A stretch of DNA of 64,000 nucleotides, taken from positions 1,344,001 through 1,408,000 of the forward strand of contig CAWFAK010000005.1 of assembly GCA_963813715.1 (NCBI GenBank). The letters are read 5' to 3'. The notes under the pieces were generated by a model. It did not search any database and was not told the origin of the DNA. It saw only the letters and a program-made list of their open reading frames with translations. Positions within the stretch are counted from its first letter, which is position 1; each line of letters opens with the position of its first letter. Position numbers and translations under genes: made by a program. Shown piece after piece: positions 1 through 11,173 of this stretch. Origin of the DNA: an uncultured Planctomycetaceae bacterium. Lineage in GTDB: Bacteria; Planctomycetota; Planctomycetia; Planctomycetales; Planctomycetaceae.

Positions 1-1351
1 GGGTCTCCCAAAGTTCGCCGGGCGTCACCTGCTCAAAGCCGGCCCAGACTTGCGGCTCGCCGGTACGGAGATACCAGCTGATCGGCAGGACACGGTCGTA
101 CAGGACGCGCATCTGGGCGGCCAGCCACGTGGGGACGTGCACGCCGTTGGTGATATGGCCGATCGGGATTTCTTCCTCGCTGCGCCACGGCCAAAGACTG
201 GCCCACATCCGCCGGCTGACGATGCCGTGCAGACTGGACACGGCATTGGCGTGCCGGCTGAGACGGAACGCGAGCACCGTCATGCAGAACGATTCGTGCG
301 GATTCTGCGGATCGACGCGGCCCAAACCCACCAGGCTGTGATGCTGCAGCCCCAGCTCGTCACCCAAGGGGCCGACGTGTTCTTCGATCAGGCCGGCGTC
401 AAAGCGGTCGTGTCCGGCCGGCACCGGCGTATGGGTCGTGAATACTCCCATCGCGGCTGTCTCGCGAAGCGCTTCGTCAAAGCTCAGCCCGTCCTCGCGC
501 ATGCGGGCGCGGATGAACTCCAGCGGCGCGAAGGCTGAGTGCCCTTCGTTCATGTGGATCACGCTGGGACGGATGCCCAGAGCGGAAAGCGCCCGGGCTC
601 CACCAATCCCGAGAATGATCTCCTGCCGAATGCGGGTCCGCTGGTCGCCCCCGTAGAGGCGGGCCGTCAGGTGCCGGTCCTCGTCCTTGTTTTGCGGGAC
701 GTTCGTGTCGAGCAGAAACAGTCGGACGCGGCCGACGTTGACTTGCCACACCCGGGCGAAAATCTTACCGGTCCGCGTGTTGACCGAGACGACGACCGGA
801 TTGCGATCGCGATCGAGGGCCGGGAGGATGGCCAGGCGGTTCGCGTCGACCTTGGAGTAGGACTCCTGCTGCCAGCCGTTTTCGTCGATGCGCTGCGAGA
901 AATAGCCCTCAACGTAAAACAGCCCCACGCCGACCAGCGGAATGCCCAGGTCGGACGCACTCTTCAGGTGGTCGCCGGCCAGCACGCCCAGGCCGCCCGA
1001 GTAAATCGGCAGCGATTCGTGGAGTCCGAACTCAGCGGAGAAATAGGCCGCCGGCCGGTTGCCGAGAATTCCGGAATGCGTCGAGCCCCACGTGTCAGTC
1101 GAGTCCATGTACTCGACCAGGCGGCGATACGCGCCGTTAATTCGCGAATGGAGGACTTCCTCGCGGCAGCGCTGTTCGAGCCGTTCCGGTGGATACTCTT
1201 CCAGCAGTGCGACCGGGTTGTGCGCCAGTTGCGACCAGCGGACGGGGTCGATCTCGCGAAAGATCTGGGTGACTTCCGGCTGCCAGCTCCACCAATAGTT
1301 GCTGGCCAGCCGCGACAGCTTTTCGTGAACGCTCTGCTGAGTTTTCGACAT
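1..1351 (-). CDS. glgP: alpha-glucan (glycogen/starch) phosphorylase, 5' part; runs off the window
   Basis: Not in the ORF track because there is no stop in the window. Manual minus-strand translation from ATG 1351: MSKTQQ...NYWWSW...[35 protein letters not shown]...LYGGD...HMNEGH...[14 protein letters not shown]...ITNGVH. Confidence 0.93.
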   Translation of the reverse strand, partial: MSKTQQSVHEKLSRLASNYWWSWQPEVTQIFREIDPVRWSQLAHNPVALLEEYPPERLEQRCREEVLHSRINGAYRRLVEYMDSTDTWGSTHSGILGNRPAAYFSAEFGLHESLPIYSGGLGVLAGDHLKSASDLGIPLVGVGLFYVEGYFSQRIDENGWQQESYSKVDANRLAILPALDRDRNPVVVSVNTRTGKIFARVWQVNVGRVRLFLLDTNVPQNKDEDRHLTARLYGGDQRTRIRQEIILGIGGARALSALGIRPSVIHMNEGHSAFAPLEFIRARMREDGLSFDEALRETAAMGVFTTHTPVPAGHDRFDAGLIEEHVGPLGDELGLQHHSLVGLGRVDPQNPHESFCMTVLAFRLSRHANAVSSLHGIVSRRMWASLWPWRSEEEIPIGHITNGVHVPTWLAAQMRVLYDRVLPISWYLRTGEPQVWAGFEQVTPGELWET

Positions 1352-1586
1352 TTCCCTTCCCGAATCCATTCGACCGTCGCGACCGCCTGCCGGGGCGTTC
1401 CGCGCGATCAGACGGCGAGCCTCATGACGCCGTTCTCCAGGGATGACACCGACCGGATGAAGTTTCCGACATCCGTCGGGCGGCAGTTCATGCGGCAGTA
1501 TAGACGAAAGAGGCCGCTTTTCAGAAGCCGTTTGGGAAGGCGAAGCCCGTTACGCGGTCTTTTTTGGTCCGCCGGCACAAGGCGTT

Positions 1587-2432
1587 TCAGAACGCGACCA
1601 GCGCCTCAGCAACGGCGAACTCGCGCTGCGGATCGGTCTTGAGGCGGACCGCCGCGTGATCCGGATCGTGATCCGAAAGGGCCCACCAGCCTTGCTGCTC
1701 GATCTCTCCCAAGAGCACGGGCTTGATCCGGCGGGCCTGCAGCAGATCCATATCGAAAGACATGCACCAGAGTGACGGCAAGTGTCGCCACGTCGGGCAT
1801 GCGTCGGCGAGGTAAACAGCCGCCTGGCCGCCGTCATAGATGAACAAAGCCATTTGACCGTCTGTGTGGCCGCCCGTGATTCGCGCGTGAATGCCCGACA
1901 CGATATCGACGTCGCCGTCGACCAGCCGCAGTTGCCCTGACGCCTCCAGTGGTTTGATGTTTTCCAGCGGATAGGCGGCTCGCAGCTCGGGATAGCCGGC
2001 CGTCGCAATTTCCCACTCGCGCCGCTGGACCACGTATTCGGCTCGTGGGAACGTGGTCACCAGCTGGTCCCCCTCCCGCCGAACGCCGCCCCCCGCGTGA
2101 TCGAAATGCAAATGCGAGAGGATGACGACGTCGATGTCTTCCGGCTTGAGCCTCTGCTCCGCCAGGCTGGTCACGATGGGGTTGCCCGCTTCGGCCGCCA
2201 GGATGGCCCGCTCTTTGTCCGGAATCTTGGGGCCGTAGCCGGTGTCGATCAGGATTTTCTGGCGGCCCGTTTGCACGAGCACGCAGTTGGTGGCCTGAGG
2301 GATGCAATTGTGCGCGTCGACGCTGATCAGCTTCGACCAGAGGACTTTGGGAACAACGCCGAACATTGCCCCGCCATCGGAGCGAAACCGCCCCCCGGAA
2401 ACCGTGGTGACGGTGAATTTTCCCAGTTGCAT
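1587..2432 (-). CDS. MBL-fold metallo-hydrolase (YtnP-like)
   Basis: DGGAMFGVVPK N-terminus, SHLHFDHAGG (HxHxDH) and GGHTDG motifs. Confidence 0.9.
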   Translation of the reverse strand: MQLGKFTVTTVSGGRFRSDGGAMFGVVPKVLWSKLISVDAHNCIPQATNCVLVQTGRQKILIDTGYGPKIPDKERAILAAEAGNPIVTSLAEQRLKPEDIDVVILSHLHFDHAGGGVRREGDQLVTTFPRAEYVVQRREWEIATAGYPELRAAYPLENIKPLEASGQLRLVDGDVDIVSGIHARITGGHTDGQMALFIYDGGQAAVYLADACPTWRHLPSLWCMSFDMDLLQARRIKPVLLGEIEQQGWWALSDHDPDHAAVRLKTDPQREFAVAEALVAF

Positions 2433-2483
2433 GGCTTGTGATGTTTTCGGCTGGAGGTGGGAACCGCTGGCCCGGGCGCCCGT

Positions 2484-4211
2484 TCAGGCCGTCTCGGCCT
2501 GCCGGAGGCCCAGTTCCTCGATCATGATTTCCCGCATACGAAACTTCTGAATCTTGCCGGTGACCGTCTGCGGGAATTCCTGCACGAGACGGATGTGCCG
2601 CGGCACCTTGTAGTGCGCCAACGACCTCTTGCAGAAGGCGCGGATCTCGTCCTCCGTGATCTGTTGGCCGTCGCGGATTTTGACCCACGCAGCCACATTC
2701 TCCACGAACTTGGGATCGGGAACCCCGAACACGGCCACGTTCTCGACCAACGGATGCGTGTACAGGAACTCTTCGATCTCGCGAGGGTAAATGTTCTCGC
2801 CGCCGCGGCAGATCATGTCCTTGATCCGCCCCGTAATGCGATAGCAGCCGTTGGGCAGCCGCAGGGCCAGGTCGCCCGAATGCAGCCAGCCTTCGCGGTC
2901 AATAGCGGCGGCCGTGGCCTCGGGCATTTTGTAATAACCGAGCATGACGCCGTGTCCGCGAGCGCAAAGCTCTCCTTGCTCGTCATCGGGCAGGCTGTGG
3001 CCGTCGGGGTTGACGAGCTTAACCTCCCAGCCGGGCAGCGGACGTCCCACCGTCTGCACACGCAGCTCGAGCGAATCGTTGGTGCGGGTCTGCGTGATCA
3101 CGGGCGATGTCTCGGTCAGCCCGTAGGCGATCGTCATTTCCCGCACGCCCATGTGGTCTACGACGCGTTTCATCAGCTCAATCGGGCACGGGCTGCCCGC
3201 CATGATGCCGGTACGCAGCGACTTGAGATCGCGACCCGCGAAGCTCGGATGCTCGAGTTGGGCGATGAACATCGTGGGGACGCCGTAGATCGTCGTGGCC
3301 CGTTCCGCCTCGATGGCGTTGAGGGTCGCCTCCGGATCGAAATGCTGGGCGGGAATGATCATCGCGGCGCCACGCGCGAGACAACACAACACGCCGACCA
3401 CGCACCCGAAGCAATGATAAAACGGCACCGGAATACAGATCCGATCTTTCTCGGTGATTCGCTGGCAGTCGCCGATGTAGTAGCCGTTGAGCAGCAGGTT
3501 GCGGTGGGTGAGCATCGCCCCCTTGGGGAAGCCGGTCGTCCCCGACGTATATTGGATATTGATGGGATCCGTCGGTTGCGGCAGCGCCTCGCGCTCGGCT
3601 AACTCCCGATCGGAAATCCCCTCGCCGCCGCCGAGAAAGGCCTCCCACGACCACATGCCTGGCGCGGTGGCCGGCTTCATGGCGACAACTTGTTTCAGTC
3701 GCGGAAAGTCGCCGCTTTTGAGCTGTCCCGGCCGGGCGTGCTTCAGCTCGGGAATGGCTTCATTCACCATCCCGAAGTAATCCGACGTGCGAAACGCGTC
3801 GATGAGAAACAGGGCGCACGCATCCGACTGCTTCAAGACGTAGGCCAGTTCGTGCGTGCGATAGGCCGGATTGATCAGCACCATCACCGCGCCGATGCGG
3901 GCGGTGGCAAACTGCAGGAGCAGCCAATTAGGCCAGTTCGTCGCCCAAACCGCGACGTGATCGCCCTTGCCGATCCCCAGAGCCAGGAGCCCTTTGGCGA
4001 CCCGATCGACCTTGGCATCCAGGTCGCGATACGAAACTCGCAAGGCCCGCCGGCGGCGCTCCGCGGGCGTCAGATTCGCCGGCAGCATTTGCTCCGACGC
4101 ATCGAGCTCCGTGAACACGAATGCATCCGCATCGGGATGCGCTTTCGCCGTGCGGCGCACCGCGGCGCCGATCGTCAAACCTTCGACCCACGGCGTTTCG
4201 TCGGCCGCCAT
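2484..4211 (-). CDS. AMP-binding acyl-CoA synthetase
   Basis: YTSGTTGFPKG, YGLTE, HSGDL, GRIKDMICRGGENIYPREIE and TGKIQK motifs. Start placed at MAADETPW. Confidence 0.92.
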   Translation of the reverse strand: MAADETPWVEGLTIGAAVRRTAKAHPDADAFVFTELDASEQMLPANLTPAERRRRALRVSYRDLDAKVDRVAKGLLALGIGKGDHVAVWATNWPNWLLLQFATARIGAVMVLINPAYRTHELAYVLKQSDACALFLIDAFRTSDYFGMVNEAIPELKHARPGQLKSGDFPRLKQVVAMKPATAPGMWSWEAFLGGGEGISDRELAEREALPQPTDPINIQYTSGTTGFPKGAMLTHRNLLLNGYYIGDCQRITEKDRICIPVPFYHCFGCVVGVLCCLARGAAMIIPAQHFDPEATLNAIEAERATTIYGVPTMFIAQLEHPSFAGRDLKSLRTGIMAGSPCPIELMKRVVDHMGVREMTIAYGLTETSPVITQTRTNDSLELRVQTVGRPLPGWEVKLVNPDGHSLPDDEQGELCARGHGVMLGYYKMPEATAAAIDREGWLHSGDLALRLPNGCYRITGRIKDMICRGGENIYPREIEEFLYTHPLVENVAVFGVPDPKFVENVAAWVKIRDGQQITEDEIRAFCKRSLAHYKVPRHIRLVQEFPQTVTGKIQKFRMREIMIEELGLRQAETA

Positions 4212-4440
4212 TGGCCACTCCTTCGTCCGCCAGTTGTTTTCGGGCCGGACGCCAGACCTAAATTCTTGCCCAAAATGCGCGGCCTTATAGTACATCGCTG
4301 AATCGAGCCGCGAAAAGCCCTTCTGTTTGCGCCGGGACCGTTTGCGACGAACCGGTCTTTGCCGTTTCTAGCCCCCCGGCTACGATCCGCCGGCTGGACG
4401 CGGCAGTCCAGCCATCGACGCCACGAAACCACCTGAGGCG

Positions 4441-5118
4441 ATGTCCCTCATGACGACATTGAGCCCCGTCAAAACGGATGCCGGCCAAGCGGTCGCCGTT
4501 CGCCCGTCGCTCAAGAACTCGCGGGCCTATCAGTACCGCATTCCGCTGACGGCCGTCGTGTTGATCGGATCCTGGTTGTGGGTGATGCTCACTCCGCCAG
4601 CGATCGACGAGAGCCAGCCCCTGGTCTGGTTCCTCGACGCAGCCGCCTGGGGTGCGTTTGCCGTGGGAGCGCTCGTGCGGATTTGGGCCACGCTGTGGAT
4701 CGGCGGCCGGAAGAAGCACACCATTGTCGACGACGGGCCCTATCGGGTCTGCCGCAATCCGCTCTACCTGGGCACCTTCGCAATGGTGTTAGGCGTCGCG
4801 TTGTTCCTCAAGAGCGCTGTCTTTGCCGGCGGGTTGGCGTTCGTCTGGTTCCTTTACGTGTGGTATGTCGTGCCCGCCGAAGAGCATTATATGCGGGGCC
4901 GGTTTGCCGCAGCCTATGACGACTATTGCCACCGGGTGCCGCGGTGGCTGCCCCAGTTTAGCCTGCTGCGACGCAACGAAATCCTCCGACCGGTGGCCGA
5001 CCGCGGTGCCGTCTCTCGAGAATTCTTGCGAATGGTGTGGTGGGTCTTGTTGCCGGTGCTCGCCCTCGTGACCTGCCACTGTCGCGGCACCGCTTGGTGG
5101 GAAGCGTTCACGGGTTAA
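4441..5118 (+). CDS. isoprenylcysteine carboxyl-methyltransferase / PEMT family membrane protein
   Basis: GPYRVCRNPLYLG, EE..M..RF...Y..Y...VPRWLP, several TM segments. Confidence 0.85.
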   Translation: MSLMTTLSPVKTDAGQAVAVRPSLKNSRAYQYRIPLTAVVLIGSWLWVMLTPPAIDESQPLVWFLDAAAWGAFAVGALVRIWATLWIGGRKKHTIVDDGPYRVCRNPLYLGTFAMVLGVALFLKSAVFAGGLAFVWFLYVWYVVPAEEHYMRGRFAAAYDDYCHRVPRWLPQFSLLRRNEILRPVADRGAVSREFLRMVWWVLLPVLALVTCHCRGTAWWEAFTG

Positions 5119-5330
5119 GACACGCGGGCCGCTGTCGGCGGGCATTACGAACTCTCTGGTTGCGCTGGCGCAGGGCCGAACCCTTTGGCTACCGCCGCGT
5201 CTCTGACAGCGCAATCGACGAGTCGCAGACTGGATTGCGTCGCGAGCTTTGGGCGATGTAACGCTCTTTTCGCTCTTCTTCTGCCGTTCCGCCTTTGAAT
5301 TTGAGGCCCCACGTGCCTTCCGAGCGGACC

Positions 5331-6257
5331 TTGGCTTCCGTGCTGGTTGTCGATGATTCGGCGACCGACCGCCGGCTCGTCGGCGGCCTGCTGCAACGGG
5401 CGGGCGGCCTCGCCGTCGAATACGCCGTCGACGGCAAAGACGCCATCAATCGGTTCCAGGATTCGATCCCCGATCTCGTCGTCACCGATCTGATCATGCC
5501 CGAGCTGGACGGACTGGGCCTCGTCGCCGCGATCAAGAGCGAGTTCCCGCTGGTGCCAGTCATACTCATGACGGCGCGGGGCAACGAGGAAGTCGCCGTC
5601 GCCGCGCTTCGCGAGGGGGCGGCCGGATATGTCCCAAAACGCATCCTCGCTCACGACCTCGTGCCGACGGCCAAACGCATCCTGGCGGCCTCGCGCGAAG
5701 ATCGTTCGCTCTCGCGGCTGATGCATCGCATGGTGCAGAACCACTCTTCGTTTGTCCTCGACAGCGATCCGAGCTTGATCCCCTTGTTGCTTGGCTATCT
5801 GCAGCAAACAATCCGCAGCGTGCGCTTGGCGGACGAGCTCGATCGCTTGCGGATCCGTCTGGCCATCGAAGAGGCGCTGCTCAACGCGCTCTATCGCGGC
5901 AATCTCGAAGTCAGCTCGCGTCTGCAGCAGTCCGATGCCGCCGCCTACGATGAGCTCGTCCGGACTCGCATGAGCGAAGCTCCCTATTGCAATCGCCACA
6001 CGTTCGTCTCCTGGACGATTTCACGCGACGGGCTGGAGATCGCGATCCGCGACGAGGGGCCCGGCTTCGATCCACAGTCCGCTGACGGCCGGTCGGAAGC
6101 CGTCGACTTCGACACAGTCTTCGGGCGCGGGACGCTCATCATGCGGACCTTCATGGACGAGGTCCGCTACAGCCCGTCCGGCAACGAAGTGACGCTCATC
6201 AAGCATGCTGCGGCGGTTGTCGAAGTGGCGGCCGACCAAGCCGAGGTGGTTGACTGA
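5331..6257 (+). CDS. response regulator receiver fused to an RsbW-like HATPase_c_2 domain
   Basis: VLVVDD...DLIMP...GYVPK receiver, then EALLNA (N box), IRDEGPGFD (G1) and GRGTLIMRTFMD (G2). Start uncertain (5295-5331). Confidence 0.88.
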   Translation: MASVLVVDDSATDRRLVGGLLQRAGGLAVEYAVDGKDAINRFQDSIPDLVVTDLIMPELDGLGLVAAIKSEFPLVPVILMTARGNEEVAVAALREGAAGYVPKRILAHDLVPTAKRILAASREDRSLSRLMHRMVQNHSSFVLDSDPSLIPLLLGYLQQTIRSVRLADELDRLRIRLAIEEALLNALYRGNLEVSSRLQQSDAAAYDELVRTRMSEAPYCNRHTFVSWTISRDGLEIAIRDEGPGFDPQSADGRSEAVDFDTVFGRGTLIMRTFMDEVRYSPSGNEVTLIKHAAAVVEVAADQAEVVD

Positions 6258-6713
6258 CGTCATCCCGGATTGAGGAACGGCAAAAAGCCGCACCTCGCCC
6301 CGATTTTGACTCCCTCTCCGTGTGCAAATTCTGCATCACGCAGGGGTAACCGGTGCCGATTGGGTAGCCCGTTCCGGTGGGCAACGCGTCGGCAATCTCC
6401 GCCCAACCGATATCCGTAAACCTATGCTGCTAAAGCTGGTTGCGTTCGATTAGTGTACAGACGCGGCCGTTCGTTCGCGCGCAAACTTTGGCTCCCGCCG
6501 TCCCCTTTGCGTAAGTCGTGGTCATTTGACCACTTCGGACGATCGTCGCCGAGCCGCCGTGAGAGGGCGTCTCGGGTCCAAAGACGGGTCAAGGCACAGG
6601 CAAAATCCGAAGCTGGCCATGGTCTATGACTTGCGGTGTACACCTTGCGAGTGTTTTTTCGATCGGCTTAGCATGGATCCAGACAAGTTTCGCCAACAGG
6701 GACTGTTCCGGCC

Positions 6714-7403
6714 ATGCGTCGCCTCGCTCGCTCTCACCGCCGTCCCGCGCCCCAGCGGGTCGTTTTTCCGCCCCGGTCTTTGAACAAGGCCGGGCTGCGG
6801 CCGGCGGCCGGATTCCGCCAACGGCTCCCGGAGACCAGCTATTCGGAGGGCTTTGGAGCCCCGGAAGCCTGGCACGAATCGGTCGGGCGGAGCGAGATCA
6901 AGTTCGTGGTCGAGCCGGCGGGTGAGGGCTACGTCCACCCGGTCACGACCGCAGAAGTGGCCGAGCGGATCGCTCAGCTTCCCAAGCGGTTCCGCGCTCG
7001 TCTCGAAGTTGTGCAGTTCAGTCGAATGACGCGGAAGCGGGCCCTCTTTCCCTGCTATGGAATGCAGTGGGGCACCGCCGTGTACCTCTATCCGATCGAG
7101 GCCACGTTCGTTGAACATTACATGCGACCGCCTCGTCCCGAGCAGCTGATCGAGGCTCGGATGTACGGCGGCCAGTGGCAGCAGGCCGACCGCGGCTGGA
7201 ACCTGGTGTGGACGGCCGACTCGGTCCGAGACTTCTATCTCAACAATGTGCTGATCCACGAAATCGGGCACACCGTCGACGATCGCAACGGCGGCTATAT
7301 CGACCGTGAACGCTTCGCGAACTGGTTCGCCGTCGAATACGGCTATCGCGCCTCTCGCGGTCGCCGGTCGGTCCAATCCCACACACGGCGCCCGAGCCGA
7401 TAG
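6714..7403 (+). CDS. hypothetical protein, possible minimal zincin metallopeptidase
   Basis: VLIHEIGH (HExxH) followed by E..A..FA. Basic N-terminus. Confidence 0.65.
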   Translation: MRRLARSHRRPAPQRVVFPPRSLNKAGLRPAAGFRQRLPETSYSEGFGAPEAWHESVGRSEIKFVVEPAGEGYVHPVTTAEVAERIAQLPKRFRARLEVVQFSRMTRKRALFPCYGMQWGTAVYLYPIEATFVEHYMRPPRPEQLIEARMYGGQWQQADRGWNLVWTADSVRDFYLNNVLIHEIGHTVDDRNGGYIDRERFANWFAVEYGYRASRGRRSVQSHTRRPSR

Positions 7404-7405
7404 CT

Positions 7406-7960
7406 TCAAGTCGGCAATCCGTGCTCCTGACGGATGCGCCGGACCTCTTGCACCACTTCCTGAATCAGCTCGCCGTTGCGATCGATCGCTCGATATTCAC
7501 GGACGTTCACGGCCATGTTGACGACCAGCGTCAGCACGGCAAACGCGAGGTGCAAGGTCGAAGGGGAAAGCTCGTGTCCGCCGGGAAGCATCCAGTTCCC
7601 CCGATCGACGGCGCTGGCCCCAAGCGGGATATTCAAAATCAGCACGACCAAGCAGCAGACCATCGGGGGAATCGTTCGGTACTTCAGCCGCCGGTTTTCC
7701 TCGATCCAGCGTGCGTCGAGCTTGTAGGCCAGCCGAACTTCATCCATCCAACGGCTGGTCCCCATGAAGTAGGTCAGCAGCACGGCATGCACGAGCGCGG
7801 CAAAGATCAAGGCGGCCACGGAAAGCAGCAAGTGATAGCTCATCAGGCGACGCGTTGAAGCCGCCACGCTCCGCGCATCGCCGATCTCATAGCCCATCAC
7901 GAACGCTGCGATCAACAGCAGCGTGCTGACGACCGCTAAAGTGAGAAAGGTCCGTTTCAT
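7406..7960 (-). CDS. hypothetical 4-TM membrane protein
   Basis: Four hydrophobic helices with His residues and a TYFMGTSRW segment. Confidence 0.75.
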   Translation of the reverse strand: MKRTFLTLAVVSTLLLIAAFVMGYEIGDARSVAASTRRLMSYHLLLSVAALIFAALVHAVLLTYFMGTSRWMDEVRLAYKLDARWIEENRRLKYRTIPPMVCCLVVLILNIPLGASAVDRGNWMLPGGHELSPSTLHLAFAVLTLVVNMAVNVREYRAIDRNGELIQEVVQEVRRIRQEHGLPT

Positions 7961-8237
7961 CGACGACTGATCCCGCTCATCGAGACGCGGGCTCTCGAGG
8001 TGGACTGCTGGACTGGGAAACTGGCCTCAACTCTGAGGTCGGCACTCCGCTGAAGCCAACTCTCGCGGACCGGGAATCGTCGCGGATCATGCCGCTCGCG
8101 TAAGGTTGTGCCGACTCTGCCTGCCGTGGTTCAATTCCAATCGCAGCCATGCTCAGCTTGCGGCGCTGCCGACCGCGAGGTGGCGATTGGCAACGATCTG
8201 AATTCTAGAGTGTTGGCCACACGATGAAAAAGGTCCG

Positions 8238-9356
8238 ATGAAAATCACGCGAATCGACACGTTTCCGGTCAGCATTCCGCTCAAGCCCGAGCGGCGGATG
8301 GTCTCGGCCCTCGGGCAGTACGACGTGTCGCACTACGTGCTCGTCCGAATCTCCACCGATGCGGGGATCGAAGGGGCTGGCGAAGCGACCGTGCTGCCGC
8401 GGTGGAGCGGTGAAACCGTCTGGGGCGCGCAGGCTTTGATCGATCGCGTGTTGGCTCCTCAGCTCGTTGGTTGCGATCCGACCGATCTCGATGACATCGC
8501 CGCGCGAATGGACGAAGCGGCCGAGGACAATTGGTTCGCCAAGTCCGCACTCGAAATGGCGTGCTGGGATATCTGCGGCAAGGATTTCGGGAAGCCGGTT
8601 TACGAATTGCTCGGCGGGCCAGTGCGACCGACGATCCTGCGATGCCGCTTCTCAATGGGGGCCTACGAGCCCGAACGCGCCCGTCGGCGAGCCCAGGAAC
8701 TGATTGCCGCCGGATTCGACACGATCAAGGTGAAGGTCGGCACCGAGGTCGCGCGCGATGTCGAGCGCGTGCGGGTCGTTCGTGAGGCGATCGGACCAGT
8801 GCCGGCCATGGTCATCGACGCCAATTGTGGCTATGACGCCAAGACGGCCATCGCCATGGCTCACGAAATTGAGACGTGCAACGTCGCGCTATTCGAGCAG
8901 CCGACGCCCCGCGGCGACTTTGAGGCGCTGGCCGAGGTTCGCCGGGCGATCCGGCCGCAGGTGATGGCGGACGATATCTGTTTCGACTTTGCCGACGCGG
9001 TGGAATGCGTCCGCCATCGGGCCTGCGACGTCATCAGCGTCTATCCTGGCAAGAACGGCGGCATCGCCAAGTCGAAGCGGATTGTCGACTATGCCGGCCT
9101 GCACGGCGTAGCCTGCACGATCGGCTCGAACCTCGAGTTGGATGTCGCCTCGGCAGCGATGTGCCATCTGGTGGTTGCCTGTCGGAACATCAATGTCGAA
9201 AAGTATCCGGGCGACATTATGGGGCCGGATTACCACGCGATTTCGGTTGTCAAAGAACCGCTGGAAATCCGGGGCCCCTCGATCGCCATCAGCGACCGGC
9301 CCGGTTTGGGAATCGAGGTCGACTGGCAGACCGTCGCAGCCCACCCGTGCCAATGA
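8238..9356 (+). CDS. enolase-superfamily enzyme, muconate cycloisomerase / mandelate racemase subgroup
   Basis: G.GE, AKSALEMACWD..GK..GKPVYELLGG, KVK, DAN, EQP, DD and PGLGIEVD motifs. Confidence 0.9.
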   Translation: MKITRIDTFPVSIPLKPERRMVSALGQYDVSHYVLVRISTDAGIEGAGEATVLPRWSGETVWGAQALIDRVLAPQLVGCDPTDLDDIAARMDEAAEDNWFAKSALEMACWDICGKDFGKPVYELLGGPVRPTILRCRFSMGAYEPERARRRAQELIAAGFDTIKVKVGTEVARDVERVRVVREAIGPVPAMVIDANCGYDAKTAIAMAHEIETCNVALFEQPTPRGDFEALAEVRRAIRPQVMADDICFDFADAVECVRHRACDVISVYPGKNGGIAKSKRIVDYAGLHGVACTIGSNLELDVASAAMCHLVVACRNINVEKYPGDIMGPDYHAISVVKEPLEIRGPSIAISDRPGLGIEVDWQTVAAHPCQ

Positions 9357-9598
9357 CCAATTCGGATTCCGGCGGGAAGAAAACGGGCCTTCCCCCGCCG
9401 GCGGCGTTCGGGCAAAGATCCGGTCCAAATCCCCTGTGAACCCTTGTGGCGGAAAAGAATTTCGATCACGATAAGTTCAAGCTGCATTTTGACTTCTGAC
9501 AATTCGTTAAGAGTTCGCCGGGAACTGTCAGCCTGAAAAGTGCGTCCTAAGGCTAGTTGCAAGCGCGCGTGATGACGCGCATGCGCTGATACTCTCTC

Positions 9599-11173
9599 AT
9601 GAGCTCCGCGAACCCCAACGATCTTTTGTCGGCTTATTTCGACCGCGAGGCGGCTCCGTCCGAGGAGACCGCCGCGAAGTCGCTCGTTAAGGGTTCGCCC
9701 GAGGCTGCGCGTGAAATTCGCGAATATGGGCGACTATCGCGGACCCTCCAGGGGTTGCCCCGAGTGGTCGCTCCGACCGAATTTGCCGCCGCTGTCATGC
9801 AACGGGCTGAGCGTGAGAGCCTCATTCCGCTCGATTCGGTCGCCTCGCGGCCCCTGGTCAAGCCCCTCGGAGTCGGAGGATTTCTCCGCCGACAGTGGAC
9901 GCTGGTGGTCGCCTCATCCATCTCGCTCGTGGCCGGCCTGCTGATCGCCATCATGATTTGGCCGCACGGGTTCGACGCCGGACCTTCTCGCCCGATCTCC
10001 GGTAATTTCGCCGCGGCTCCACGCGACGAGTTCCGCCGCGAAACCACGGCGTCAGGCGAATCCCGCATTGCCCCGAAGGCCGCTCCGACAGTCAACGCAC
10101 CGATGCTGGCCAAAGGCGGCGTGGCGGCACTCGCGGCAAAGCAGTCGCCGCCAAAGTCTCGTGAATCGGCCCTGATGCTGCCGGCCAATCTGAAGACTGC
10201 CAAGGTCGGAGACGTCGTCGAGGCCCTGCAACAGGACGGTCAGCAAGTGGCCGTCGTCCGTCTGACGGTCGTCAACCAGGTCGAAGGACTCGATGGAGTC
10301 CAAAGCCTGCTGGTCCGCAACACCAGTCGGACACTGCAGAACGTCGAGGAGATCAAGCGCCTCCGCCAGCAATTTGGGGCCGGAAAGTCCGCCGAGGTGC
10401 CGAAATCGGCCGTGCCTCAATCTCCGGGCGACCTGATCTGCGTGTACGTGGAGGGTTCGCGCGAGGAAATGCTGGGCGTCCTGAGCGACCTGCAGAACGA
10501 GAGCCATTTCCCAGCGGCCGAACTGACCAACACGATTTCCTTCACGGCGTTGGAAGAATATGCACGCCACGCCGTTCCGCCGCAGAATGGCGAGCGAACG
10601 GCCGCGGATGGCGAGGCCGCCAGGGGAGCAGTTGCTCAGACCCCAGCAAAACCAACTGGCTCACAAATGGCGGTGAGCCTGCCCGCTGCGACCGTCAATA
10701 AGATCCTGTCGGCCGGCCAACCGTCGGCAAGGGGGTGGGGACAGCCGTCGTCGACGTCGCAAGCTCAACAGACTCCGGCTCCGCTGTTTGCCGCTTCACC
10801 CAAGTCAGACGCGGAACAGTTAAAGGCTGACAAGCAAACTGCTCCGAAGGCGGACCAGCCCGGGGACAAACAGCGCAACGCCCTTGTGGCGCGCCGAAAA
10901 GCTCCTACTCCCGCGGGTGCGCGGGGTGGCGCGAGCCTATCCGACCGCTGGCAGAAGGAATCCCAAGAGGTCGCCGGCGACCAAAGGTCCTTCCAAATCT
11001 TCTTCGTGCTCACCGACCAATCGCAGAGCCCGGCGGCTCCCGCCGCGTCGGATGCTGCAAAATCGGCCGCCGCGACGCCGAAACCGACCACAGCCGCTCA
11101 AGCGGCTCCGGCAAAGCAAACGACTCCGAGCGAAGCCCCGGCAAAGCCGGCCGCGCCGAATTCAGGGCCATAG
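9599..11173 (+). CDS. anti-sigma-factor-like membrane protein
   Basis: N-terminal LLSAYFDRE helix typical of anti-sigma domains, one TM helix, long Ala/Pro-rich extracytoplasmic part. Confidence 0.65.
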   Translation: MSSANPNDLLSAYFDREAAPSEETAAKSLVKGSPEAAREIREYGRLSRTLQGLPRVVAPTEFAAAVMQRAERESLIPLDSVASRPLVKPLGVGGFLRRQWTLVVASSISLVAGLLIAIMIWPHGFDAGPSRPISGNFAAAPRDEFRRETTASGESRIAPKAAPTVNAPMLAKGGVAALAAKQSPPKSRESALMLPANLKTAKVGDVVEALQQDGQQVAVVRLTVVNQVEGLDGVQSLLVRNTSRTLQNVEEIKRLRQQFGAGKSAEVPKSAVPQSPGDLICVYVEGSREEMLGVLSDLQNESHFPAAELTNTISFTALEEYARHAVPPQNGERTAADGEAARGAVAQTPAKPTGSQMAVSLPAATVNKILSAGQPSARGWGQPSSTSQAQQTPAPLFAASPKSDAEQLKADKQTAPKADQPGDKQRNALVARRKAPTPAGARGGASLSDRWQKESQEVAGDQRSFQIFFVLTDQSQSPAAPAASDAAKSAAATPKPTTAAQAAPAKQTTPSEAPAKPAAPNSGP

